64,000 bases of DNA from Isurus oxyrinchus. Its lineage: Eukaryota. The position numbers and the translations under genes were made by a program. Below are positions 63,861 to 64,000 of this stretch, one piece after another; position 1 is the first letter of the stretch; every line of letters begins with the position of its first letter. The notes under the pieces are model-generated. The model made no database searches and was not told the origin of the DNA. It saw nothing but the letters and a program-made list of their open reading frames with translations. The stretch lies in assembly GCA_026770705.1 (NCBI GenBank), contig JANJGN010000034.1:6324001-6388000 (forward strand), given 5' to 3'.

Positions 63861-64000
63861 TCCAGGGATCAGAGTCGGAGGGCAGAGAGGAGGAGAGGTG
63901 AGGTTAAAAACATGACCTCGGGGATTCGTGGACCTCGGGTCTTAGCGAATAATTAAAAGTGGCATCATGGTAAATCTCTTACTTGATTGGCTGGATAGAG

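Overview
AT-rich, repeat-dense vertebrate DNA. The repeat families (CR1, Penelope, RTE and Tx1-like LINEs, a Harbinger remnant) point to a cartilaginous fish, which is an inference. None of the supplied ORFs looks like a real host gene: they are TE remnants, antisense shadows or repeat artefacts. Reading splice signals instead reveals one + strand gene crossing almost the whole window as at least 25 tiny phase-1/phase-1 exons (15 x 27 nt, 8 x 36 nt, 1 x 24 nt, 1 x 30 nt; 747 nt, 249 codons over ~60 kb). The first 13 exons alternate strictly 27/36 nt. Each pair encodes 21 aa, three heptads of a coiled coil, and the spliced frame has no stop. The N- and C-terminal domains were not found and probably lie outside the window. 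The introns hold an antisense histone H4 pseudogene fused to a LINE tail, Penelope ends with minimal hammerhead ribozymes (four with a CUGUYGA core variant), nested CR1 LINEs and a ~35-bp purine-rich minisatellite. Everything was read by eye; TE boundaries are approximate.
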